From Epithemia pelagica (lineage: Eukaryota; Protista; Bacillariophyta): a stretch of 64,000 bases of DNA. Each line of letters starts with the position of its first letter. Positions within the stretch are counted from its first letter, which is position 1. The stretch lies in the NCBI GenBank assembly GCA_946965045.2, contig OX337228.1, positions 1,364,001 through 1,428,000 on the forward strand, in the 5' to 3' direction. The position numbers and the translations under genes are program-made. A model generated the notes under the pieces. It was not told the DNA's origin and did not search any database. It saw nothing but the letters and a program-made list of their open reading frames with translations. Below are positions 20,726 to 31,197 of the stretch, piece by piece.

Positions 20726-21475
20726 TTTACTTGACAACAAGGGATTGCTATTGCTGATTTTTGAGATAGGACGGTCCAATATTATGTGGCCTCTTTGTCA
20801 TGGATGAAAAACAGTATCGATTGATTCTGCGTACGTAAGGCAGTTGATGATGATTCATCCTCTCTTCTTTTGCAAAGACCGGATTACCTTGTGAGAGGGG
20901 GCCCATGGCCACGGGACAACAGCGGAACTGATCCCGTGTCCTTGCATGGGAGGCACGAGGCACACGGTCCAGAGTCTTTTATGCGTCAAGACATAGCCGC
21001 CCTGCGTGTGGCGCATGTGCATCGTCCAGCCTAAAAACTAATAGGACTCTCAGAATATGGCGAAATACAGCGTGAAGTCTATCTGAAATCTGTAGGAGTC
21101 GTACACTAATCACGATTTAAATCCACAATATGGATCATACGCTACCATGTCCTACAATATTGAGCGGATCCGCGGTCGCATCTATGCTTCCTGACACGCG
21201 CAATGGAGTGGCATGACCATTTGCTATGCGTGTGCTCTGGCTTGTGCTACCCCGTGTGCCATCTCAAACACCTCTATGACCGAGAGGTCGTCATTCGCCG
21301 TGTCCTTCTTTATCGGATTGTCAGTCTACCTAAGAAGGGGAGTCAATTCGTAACCATGCTTGAGAAACAATCAGGTCATGGATTTCCTCTCAGAGGAAAA
21401 GGAGAGGTGTCATAAAACAAATCAACTTTTTATTCGTCTCGAACTATACCTTTCTTCTTCGCAAATCAAAACGCA

Positions 21476-22417
21476 ATGGCTTTACTACTTCTTGCTCTAC
21501 GCACATTTTTTGTCTTGATGGTGGTGGTAGAACCATGGGTGACGAATGGATTATCATCTCCTGGTACCACATTCCAACGAGGTGGGTGGTCTCATCATCC
21601 TTTGCCAGGCGTTGGTGCTCGAGATTCCTCTTTCGACGCACAAGAACTAGAACCGTTGTGGAAACAATCCCCTCGTCGTCGCTCTCCTGCGAGTGTACGA
21701 GATAATGAACCACCACAAGATGCATCCAAATCATTGAGTAGCAGTAGTACTCCGACGACTAGTAGTAGTAGTACTACTACTACGAGAAATGAAGCTCGAG
21801 CCCTGTGGATTGAAAGCTCTCTCAAGTATTATGACACCATTACACGGGGAGGCCTGAAGGCGCAGCGAACGGCGGCCGACTCAAAATACTTGAAACTGGC
21901 CATGGAAAACTACTTTGCCCGAGAAAAGATCAAAATGGGAAAGCCACACCATGCCGAAACCATTTACCGACGACTCATGGAAGAAATGGTCCCCGCCAGT
22001 AGTCATGGTGTGCAAGAAGAAGAAAGAGCAGAGTGTGACTTTTCATCCCTCGCTGTTCCCACTCTCCTCCTTGCTCTCTTGTTGCAACGAGAAGAACGCT
22101 TTGAGGACGCCCGAACCGTCTTTGAGGGATTTGTGTGCATTTACAATGCCTCGGGGGAAGAACACCATGAAACTTGCTGTTGTAGCGCTCGGGTCTTTCA
22201 AGCCTTTGCCTTGTTTGAAATGAAACAAGAGAATTCGCAAAAGGCCGTTCGGCTCATGTTTCGAGCCATTCGCATTGACAAGAATTTGCGACCAGTCCTG
22301 CGATGGAGAAAGTTCCAAACCGCCCTGGATACCCTGTACAATTCTCAACGACGACCACGATCGCCGCAAACCATTCGTGCTGCCGTGACCAGCACCGAAA
22401 ACGTCCCGACGTTTTGA
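21476..22417 (+). CDS. Signal-peptide protein with TPR/HAT-like helical repeats (possibly plastid-targeted)
   Basis: Hydrophobic N-terminus; helical segments HAETIYRRLM, ARTVFE and VFQAFALFEMKQENSQKAVRLMFRAIRID. Confidence 0.7.
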   Translation: MALLLLALRTFFVLMVVVEPWVTNGLSSPGTTFQRGGWSHHPLPGVGARDSSFDAQELEPLWKQSPRRRSPASVRDNEPPQDASKSLSSSSTPTTSSSSTTTTRNEARALWIESSLKYYDTITRGGLKAQRTAADSKYLKLAMENYFAREKIKMGKPHHAETIYRRLMEEMVPASSHGVQEEERAECDFSSLAVPTLLLALLLQREERFEDARTVFEGFVCIYNASGEEHHETCCCSARVFQAFALFEMKQENSQKAVRLMFRAIRIDKNLRPVLRWRKFQTALDTLYNSQRRPRSPQTIRAAVTSTENVPTF

Positions 22418-23169
22418 CCCTTTTCTTGTTCGTTTGGACAAAGATCCATTGAAAAGGGAGAAATACCGTTTTAAGGAATATAGAAAGGGTTCACGCAGTC
22501 AACCGTCCAAGAGACAATATGGCGATTCATTGTTGGACCTTTTTCTCTAGAGAGGAGTTTAGAGGGTCGGATCCTGGTAAAGTCAGAGACGATTCACTGT
22601 TGAAGATCCAACGGGCTCGCCAGGAGAGTAGAAGTAGTGTGCTTGTGTGTGCGCTTTGGCTTGTAGTTCTTCTATTGTAGAAGTATGCGTTTTGATTGCG
22701 TGGCTGTGCTGTGCAATCGCTCGTGAGAGACAGAGTGTGGATGCAGATACGGAACGATACAACATTGCGTGGCTGTGCAATCGTTCTTTTGTCTGTCGGT
22801 GTGGATTTGTGGATGGATACTCGTTTATGGCTGTCTGCCAAAAAGTAAGTGGGAGTGAAAATGAGTGAGTTCGGCCCTTCACACTTGTTGTGTGAATCAG
22901 GCAATTGTTTTCAGTATAACTATAGAATTGCCCTCTAGCTAGAATGAAGAAGTGTGACTCGTGACTCCAGTCGACGGATGGTGGGTTGGGCCTTTATTGT
23001 ACAGACGAGAGTCAGCGACAGACCACAATGGTGGTGTAAAGAATCTTTTAGTGTAACACTCTGGTAGAGGAGTCAGAGCGGCCGCAAAGAACAGAATGGA
23101 TCCCTCAAGCTTGGATATGCAAGGAGCAACAACAGAGATCCACCATCACCTGTCTCAAGCACTGAAATA

Positions 23170-25944
23170 ATGGTGTCCTCTGCCACAGACGAAGAACAAA
23201 GGATGACGAGGTCTCCTCCACCGGATGCCAATGGGCACGAGGATAATGAGGAAGATCCTTCCCCTCTCGGTGCTGTCCATTCTTCTTCTTCTTCTTCGGG
23301 AGAAACGGGTTGTGGTTCTTCTTCTTCTCCTTCTCCCGACTCTATTGCACAGGCCGAATCAAGGATATCATCCTCCCCTTGCTTCTTTGTGGCCCCAAGT
23401 CATGCCTCATTGAGCAACAACCATGAGAACAGTGGCTCGAGTCAACAACAACAAGACCACCGTCAAGGCTTCGCGGGGAGAGCAATACATAATGATACAT
23501 CCTTGGACGACGACAAGTCCGCCATGTACCAGCATGTTCCATCCTTCACTGGCCAACCACCAAACGATGACAACAATTATAACAGCAGCGAAATTTTTGT
23601 TTCGGCCACACTGATCCAGGAAGGAGATTACGTACAAGAAGAAGAACAACAGGGACAGCCTGCATTCAGTCCTAGTCTTGACCATGCCGACAATGACCAG
23701 CTGTTGCTGATGGTGGAGGGTCGAGCCGTATCTTCCGCAACACCCCACGGCACTCCACGCAATGGGACATCCGAAATAGTAGTGGCACACCACTCACCAA
23801 CCGAACAAGCCAGATTCCGTGACATCCATAACAACAACAACAAGACGTGGATCCAGTAAAACAAGATTTCCATTCTGGCGTGTGTGGTAATTGTCATGGT
23901 CCTCGTCCTGGGCGGTGTGATTCTGGTGGTGACAATCGTCGCACTGGATCCGTCCTCGTCGTCGTCGTCGTCCTTTGTAGTCCCAACATCCGACAATCCA
24001 GAAAGTACTCCTTCATCATCACCGCCAACAGTGACAACCTCTGTCCCATCGTTTGCGCCTACGGTTGCACCATCTCAGAGCATGGCTCCGTCTAGTACGC
24101 CATCGCGTTCCATGGCACCCTCCTGGACTCCGACTCGATTTCAATCGGCAATCGAAGTCCTCTTACGAACCAAGTACGCTCGGGTCTTTCCTCCCGAAAA
24201 GTACAAACTGGAACAAGAAGCCATGGAGTCGACTTCGGAGTCGGCCGTGGAATCCTTGTATTGGATTCAGGCCCTCCGCTATGTCGAACAGACCTCCCTG
24301 AATATGGAAGAATGGCGGATTGTGCAACGCTATGCCTTGGCCTGCATTTACTTTGCCACTAGCAGTGTTTCGACGCCGTTGTATCAACCACAACCACAAC
24401 TTGTCCACGGAGAACAAGGGCCCGACGAACCACCCAACAACACCACCACTCCTCCTGTGGAAGTGACACCATGCAAGAGCCACCGTCATTGGGCACACAA
24501 GGCCAACTCGGAAAATGAATGCTTTTGGGAGGGTGTCATTTGCAACTGGGAGGATAAGACCAAGATTGATTCTCGTGGGCATTGGTACGGTCCCGTGGTT
24601 TCCATTGTCTTGTCCCGCACCACCCTGACTGGAACCTTCCCCCTGGAAGTGGTGCTCATAAAGGATTCCTTGACCACACTGGTCCTGTCCCAGAACTTGC
24701 TCTCCAATGAAGGACCCTCCAACATTGAATTTCTCGGACAGTTGACCAAACTGGAACGGTTGGATTTATCCGACAATGCCGGAATAGTGTATGACAAGGG
24801 AATACCCACGGTATTGGGAGGCCTCACCAATCTGACCTGGTTGGATCTGTCGAATACCAACATTGCTGGTCCACTCGACAGCAATGCCAAGGAAATATTT
24901 CAATCCTGGTCCAACCTGGAGTGGTTGCAACTGGGTGGACTCGATTCGTTGACCAATGCCTCTCTTCTCTTTGACCTTGTTCCCTTGTTTCCCAACTTGA
25001 AAGCATTGGGACTCAATGACATGTCCTTCGAGTCGGAACTCTCCATGAAACTCCAAGACCTGCCTCAGTTACAGTGGCTGAATTTGCGGAATGCCCGATT
25101 GACGGGAGGGTTGGATACGTTGGTACAAAACACTAATGACAATCATAATGCTTCGTTGTACGATACGACCACCCACGCCTTGGAAACGCTCTTGTTGGAC
25201 GACAATCCAAATCTGGGGGGTACGATACCAAGTCAGGTGGGTCAGTGGACGAATCTGCGCTATTGGACTCTGTCCCATTGCAATTTCACGGGTCCCATCC
25301 CATCCGACGTGGCACTCATGACCTCGCTGACTCAGGTCGCATGGAACAACAATACCTTCACGGGACCCTTGCTACAGACCATCTTTGGCGCACTTTCCCG
25401 GTTGCAAGTGTTGCAGCTTCAAGACAATGACCTGACGGGAGGTTTGACCGACCTGTTCCCTCCCCTGGACGTGCTGCCAAATGCGACCCTCCACAACAAC
25501 AACAACAACACGAACGAGTCCCATGACTTGCCAAGCCTTGTATATTTGCAGCTGGATCGCAATCCGAGACTGGGTGGATCGATTCCGCCCAGTGTGGCCA
25601 GGGTCGCTCCCGATTTGGTTCATGTGGGATTGTCCCAGTGTGGATTGACGGGACACATTCCCACCGAGTTACAAGGCTTGGCGTTTCTGCGGGTACTGGA
25701 GTTGCAGGACAATACCTTGACGGGGACCATTCCCACACAACTCGGCAATCTCGCCCATTTGCGAATCTTGAGTCTCCAACACAATCCCAACCTGACCGGA
25801 TCCATTCCCAACTCGCTGTGCGACAGCGTCGTGCAGTTCCCCCATCGATATTGGTGGATTACCGCCGATTGTGATACGGATAACACCACAACTGGTGGTG
25901 GAACCGTTACCTGTCCTCTCACGTGCTGTGCCGAATGCTATTAA
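23170..25944 (+). pseudogene. Type-II membrane leucine-rich-repeat protein interrupted by one in-frame TAA (23857-23859)
   Basis: ORFs 23170-23859 and 23884-25944 are in the same frame. The order is disordered N-terminus, stop, TM helix, PTS stalk, QRYALACIYFAT/ECFWEGVIC cap and many LxxLxLxxNxLxGxIP repeats. The downstream part (ATG 23896) may still be translated. Confidence 0.75.
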
Positions 25945-26743
25945 CTCCGTAGTAAAGTAGACCTGGATGAGGTCCACATACGCAACAGGCGTTGGGCATG
26001 ACCAATCCAGAAACGGTGGCGGTGAAGAATTGTTGTTGTTGTTGTTGTGGCATGAAACCACGTTCGAACACAAGGTCGATTTCCTATGGTGCAGCTCTCA
26101 CACGGATTCCCCAGGCTAATACGTATGCTAGATCCAGATGGCATTGCCGAATTGGAAGGACGATTGGAATCTTGTGCGGGCCGCTCTTTACATTGCAAAC
26201 GTGACAGGGACGGCATGGAACGGGTCATGGAGTATTCTTCAAGGCCGGCTCCATCTACCTAGATCTGTACGGCAGTGTGTATGTGTGGACCGTCGGCGTG
26301 TTTGGGGTGGACAAATCTAGAGAACCGAGGAAAGGACGGCAGTGAACCAACACAAAACTCTAGAGGAGTAGATCCGTTTGCCACACCCTCCCTAACTAGT
26401 ACTCTCTCATCCTCCCCAACGAGGTCAACGTTGAAACCCCTCGAGACTCGTCGTCGTGTCTTTTTTTGGATCGGCGGCAAACTGCGGGCCTGTTTGTTCC
26501 ATACACATGTGTCGTTGTTCCAGACTACCTACTCGAGAAATCGATCGTTGGGCCACTATTACCGTAGAGTGGAGTTGTCGTTAGGAGCCGAATGGTTTCG
26601 TTGGGGTGCGCTCTCGTGCATGTCGTCCTCCTTTTGTGGTGGTGGGGGTGAAACCTACAAACCGTAGAACAAAGCACTGGAGTAATGTATTGTATTTCTT
26701 ATAGCAGTAGAATGACAAAAAGTACAACAAGAACAAAAGTTTA

Positions 26744-27629
26744 TTACAATTGGTCGATTAAGGACGCCCTCATTCCAGCCACCAAGCCCTGTGGTTGTGC
26801 TTGTTGTTGTGGTTGGCCCGCCTGTTGTTGCTGTTGTTGTTGTTGTGTTTGGAGTTTGAAAATGGATTCAATGACGGAGATTTCGGTTCCGGTCGTGTCC
26901 AATCCACAAAAGGCAGAAAAGTCATTCACCACCATGCCACCCCCCAAGACATTGGACCCTCGATTGACGGTACCGGCCACCAAGGGAACCTGCAATAGGG
27001 AGCTTAATTCTTCAATATCTTCCAGTGATGTTTGCGGATGGACCATGCCCCCTTGATTGGTAAATTTGGAGTACGACCCCACCAGAGCTTGGCCTCCCAC
27101 AGTTTGTCGAAAGACTTCGACACCCAACACATCGGCCACCACGTCCTCTGTTTCGCGATCCGTATCGGGATGGACCAAGGCCACATAATCGTTGGAGGCA
27201 ATCACATTGCCCAAGGCGGACAATCGTTCCTCGATTCGTTGTACCACGACGGCATCGGGCAGTGAATTGCGCAAGTGTTGCAATTCGAGATCGGTCGTGG
27301 TATTGGGAACCAAGAGGCCCCGTCGATTGCCGGCAACGGTTCGACCCACAAAGCGGTTTCCACCAATCGTGGCGTGAATCACTGGAATATGCTCGGAAAG
27401 TTCCGCCTCAAATATCGAATAAAAGTTTTCCGATCCACCAATTCCTGCAACAATGAATAATGAATATCGAACCACCGCACAATCGTGAGCTCCTGACGCC
27501 GTAATGTGATAATGATCGACACACAAGCTGGACAGTCCGAATGTACGTACCGGTCAAACAGTAAGCATTCGTCAACGAAGCAAACACTCCAACTTCGTTC
27601 GAGTTCTCGAACGAGCACCGCGTCGCCAT
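26744..27629 (-). CDS. EIF6: Eukaryotic translation initiation factor 6; exons 27551-27629, 26744-27444
   Basis: [27 protein letters not shown]|IGGSENFYS...GNRRGLLVP...[14 protein letters not shown]; 106-nt GT-AG intron. Confidence 0.97.
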
Positions 27630-27857
27630 GATCAAGTCTCTCGCTTCTTTAATTTGTTTCTCTTTTTTATGTCAAGAGCACTGCAACAGCTCTCTCGGTG
27701 CGGGATTGACAATGGACTGGGATTGTTGGTCGCGAAGGTCTCATCTACTGGGCGCGGGTTTGGAAATCCATGGATCTCGCGTGGATGCGACTGACAGACA
27801 ATGGGTTATGGGACTGGAAAAGAACGCGGGGAAGGATGAAGGATGCAAAGATACCCA

Positions 27858-28024
27858 CGATTCGCGAAAGGCTACGCGATGGGAGCCGAGCAAGGTTTTT
27901 CGACTGCTCGTTGCCCAAAAGAAATTCAACTTTCTATTGTGTTTTGGGGACAGAATGGCAGAGAAACACATACAAAGCCACAGGTTCAATGGTTTGGCTC
28001 CAAGATACCTCGACCAACAGGACA
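27858..28024 (+). repeat. Dispersed repeat copy 1
   Basis: Shares CGATTCGCGAAAGGCTACGCGATGGGAG, GGGACAGAATGGCAGAGAAACACATACAAAGCCACA and TTTGGCTCCAAGATACCTCG with the reverse complement of 39986-40207. Confidence 0.88.
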
Positions 28025-28407
28025 ACATATAAAGAATAGAATAGAACTACATGAGAGGGCTCTCGTGCAACGAACAACATCCAGCAAAGAATACCGTATA
28101 GGCATGGATGCAATTCAGGGAGAAGGATGCACATGAGCCTTATTTAATGGATGGGATGCCATATTGCTGACAGGTTGCTGAAATCATACAATCAGAGAAT
28201 ATTGAGGTCTGCGTGCAATGATGCGCGTCGTGGTCCTCTTGTGCGGCCAAGTAACTCGGTAGATGCAAACAGAGCCATGCACAAGAAACTTTTGCAGAAC
28301 GTGATAGTCCTAAAGAAATCTCCTCCCTATGCAGCTTACGCCACAAGCCGCCACAAGCCGCAACATGCCCCAGGAGGAGCGTCTTCCTTCACTTCAATCG
28401 GTCAAGT

Positions 28408-29119
28408 TTAGTATCCGTCGTTGCTGGTCGTCACATCACAATCTTGGAATCGAGGGTCTTCAAGGATGACTTCCTTGCTAATGTTGTGGTTTGCTGCGGT
28501 TTCAACATTGCAATGGCCGGGAAAGGCAAAGAGACAGAAAGTATCAGCAATGGACGCGATCCGCAACAGTCCCAAGCAAGAGTATACTACTTGGACAAAA
28601 AACGTTCTCACCTTGACCGAATGAATAACTGAATCCAAATATCGATATCTTGTTATGGTCTTCGTCCCAAAGTATTCTCCCTCCTCCCGTTACATGAATA
28701 TCCATGTATCCGGCAGATTCCAATTGCTCAATCAACGGTTCGGCGGCATTGCGATGGTACGACGCGCCCCGTCGGCTTGTCACAAAATATTCCAAATCTC
28801 CTCCTCCTGGTCGTTCCGCTTGAATCAAGACGTATTTATGTGCGCCATCCGCGATTTGGACATGGGGTACGGAACTCCAAGTGCCGGATGTTGCTTTCCC
28901 ACGGTTGTTGTTGTTACGTGCCTCAAGTCGAGACTTGAGTCGGGCAGCCTCTCGTTGATCCTCTTCATTTGTCGTACATTCTGCTGCTGGTACACCATTG
29001 GGTGGTCCACTCGCCATTGCTCTCAGTTGTCTCCCTTGTTGGTTGATGAAAAGAGAGAAGTTGCTGTGGCAGCCGCAAAAAGCTTTGTTCGACGCCAGAA
29101 TAGAAGTGACGATGGTCAT
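28408..29119 (-). CDS. PHPT1: Janus/Ocnus family 14-kDa phosphohistidine phosphatase; exons 28622-29119, 28408-28493
   Basis: VQIADGAHKYVLI...GASYHRNAA...VTGGGRI...IFGFSYSFGQ|ANHNISKEVI...TTSNDGY*; 128-nt intron. Confidence 0.88.
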
Positions 29120-29331
29120 GTTGGCAGTCTCATCACTGTGACAAATTCAGGTCGCATATAAATCGCGGTGGGTTCCCGGGCTCAATAGCAATACAGCTCC
29201 GTACCGTATGCCCATAGCAACTCTAGCTCTAGCTAGAGGGACGTCGCTCCATCGCATATCTTGTATGTCGTTGCGATATGAAGGAGTCCCTATCTTAAGA
29301 CAACTAATGAAGATCCTGCAAAGAAGCACAT

Positions 29332-30798
29332 TTAATAGTCTACTGTCTGCCAGTCTTCGATATTTACAAGTCGTATTCCTTCTCGTCCATCACGGATGGC
29401 TTCCGCAATTGCAGTTACACCAGAGGCCGATCTATTCTTTGAGAATACAAACTGGCGACATGTGGAGACCAGTTCCAGCTTGGACATGATAGACAACAAG
29501 TCTAATGAAGGATCATTCAACCTAGAACCGAGCTGTTTGTGGGTTGCCTCTTTGCCATCACTAGATTGCCACCATGTGGAAACCAAAGCGTTTGAAAGAG
29601 TTGGTTGGAGATCTTTCATCTGCCTTTGGACAGCATCGTCATCCGTCAATACCAGTATGGTCTCTCCGCTTTGAATGGTATTTTTCATTTTGTCAAGAAT
29701 TTCTTTCATCGTCATGGGACGACGACTATTCGTTGAGTCTGGATTGGCGGATGGTATGTGAACGGCCGAACATTGCGAACGCGCATGGGACAAAAGAGAC
29801 TGATGTGACTGTCTCTGTTGCACCAGTTGTTGGCGCAGTATATGTCTGGGGCGAAACGCGAACCACCGAAGCCATTTATAACTGCGTGAACTGATAACAA
29901 GGGACGAAGGTCCACTCAATTCGTCGTGTACTTGTTGTTGTTGGTTTTGTAGTTGGGCATGTGATCGACAGGATGCCCCCACGGGAAGAAAGTAACACGT
30001 TGGATCCATTGCAGGACAATAGGCCCAGTGAGAAGCATTTTTGGTGGCGAAGTCCCAACTTTTCCATTGCGACATATCATCGTACGAAAATGTTTTCCCT
30101 TGTTGATAGGAAGCAGAGAAGGAGTGAGCCAAACTGGAAAGAGAAACTGCGAAACTATTCAACGATGTATCCCGATTCGTGTTGTTTTTGCTTTTACTGG
30201 AACTTTGTTTTTGTGGCTGCAGTGAACAGTCGCCCTGCCATTGCAGTTTGGATAACTTTTTCAAGAACAGTATTCTCATGGGATTTACAATCTTGCGGAA
30301 ACAAGTATGTGTGGAATTCTGCACGCTCAGCTCCCATTCGAAATGATCCATCCACCAAGAATCTGTATTCAAGTTCCATGTGGCACAACAATGCGGTCCC
30401 TCTGGACTGTCGACGCATTTCATAGCATTGTTCTCTTTCTCGCCGACAGTACGTTTAGTTGGATGTTCCCGATGAACAATAATTTGAGGAAGTCCAAAGT
30501 TTGGGTCTTTGAGCTCTGGTAAAGCAAAAGGATCTTTCAAAAGTAGATCAGCAGCCACCTCGGCCATGTCCTTGTTGTTGGTGTCCCCCTTGTTCTCTTT
30601 CACGTGGTTCGACTGGCCACTTTTCATGGTTGAATAGTAAAGGGCCACTAGCGAGGGAGAAACCGCCATGGCTAACAACCCCAACAAAATCATTCGTCTT
30701 CGACGATAACGACGCTCTCTTCTAGCTTCATGTCGTCGTTGCCTGTTGGCACTACGTCCATCTCTGTGATGATGGTGACGGTGATGATGACGGCTCAT
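29332..30798 (-). CDS. Type-II membrane protein resembling alpha-1,6-fucosyltransferase/GT23-like fold, apparently degenerate
   Basis: Basic N-terminus, TM helix, then CYFLP, WFAFRP, CSAVHI, ILVLTDD and LELVSTCRQFV in the order seen in GT23-like proteins. The HVRRGD motif is missing. Confidence 0.5.
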   Translation of the reverse strand: MSRHHHRHHHHRDGRSANRQRRHEARRERRYRRRRMILLGLLAMAVSPSLVALYYSTMKSGQSNHVKENKGDTNNKDMAEVAADLLLKDPFALPELKDPNFGLPQIIVHREHPTKRTVGEKENNAMKCVDSPEGPHCCATWNLNTDSWWMDHFEWELSVQNSTHTCFRKIVNPMRILFLKKLSKLQWQGDCSLQPQKQSSSKSKNNTNRDTSLNSFAVSLSSLAHSFSASYQQGKTFSYDDMSQWKSWDFATKNASHWAYCPAMDPTCYFLPVGASCRSHAQLQNQQQQVHDELSGPSSLVISSRSYKWLRWFAFRPRHILRQQLVQQRQSHQSLLSHARSQCSAVHIPSANPDSTNSRRPMTMKEILDKMKNTIQSGETILVLTDDDAVQRQMKDLQPTLSNALVSTWWQSSDGKEATHKQLGSRLNDPSLDLLSIMSKLELVSTCRQFVFSKNRSASGVTAIAEAIRDGREGIRLVNIEDWQTVDY

Positions 30799-31197
30799 GA
30801 CAGATTTTGCCGAGCGAGACCAATTCAACAAGTGGGTAGGTTCCGCAACCCTTTCTCAGAATGACATAAGGATATTGTCGTACTGAGGACCCATTCAAGA
30901 CGGGAACAAGTCAAAGACTCTCCTTCTTTTAGATGTTCTGTTTGGCCGTTCGACTTGCAAAGTCATTTTCGCTCATGACGAGGATCTGATTTCTGAGACA
31001 TGGTAGCTATCATTGCTATGTGGCGTTTTATCCGCGACCGAAATGTCGGAACAGGAAATCGGCGATGGAACGCCAGCATGCCTCTATCGCTGGGCGAGCA
31101 CCATCACGCAACGTATTGAATAGTGAACCTTTTTCGTCTTGTGGCTCCACGATAAGAGCCAAGGTATTGCCTTTGCGCCCCTTTTGGGCCACACGCC

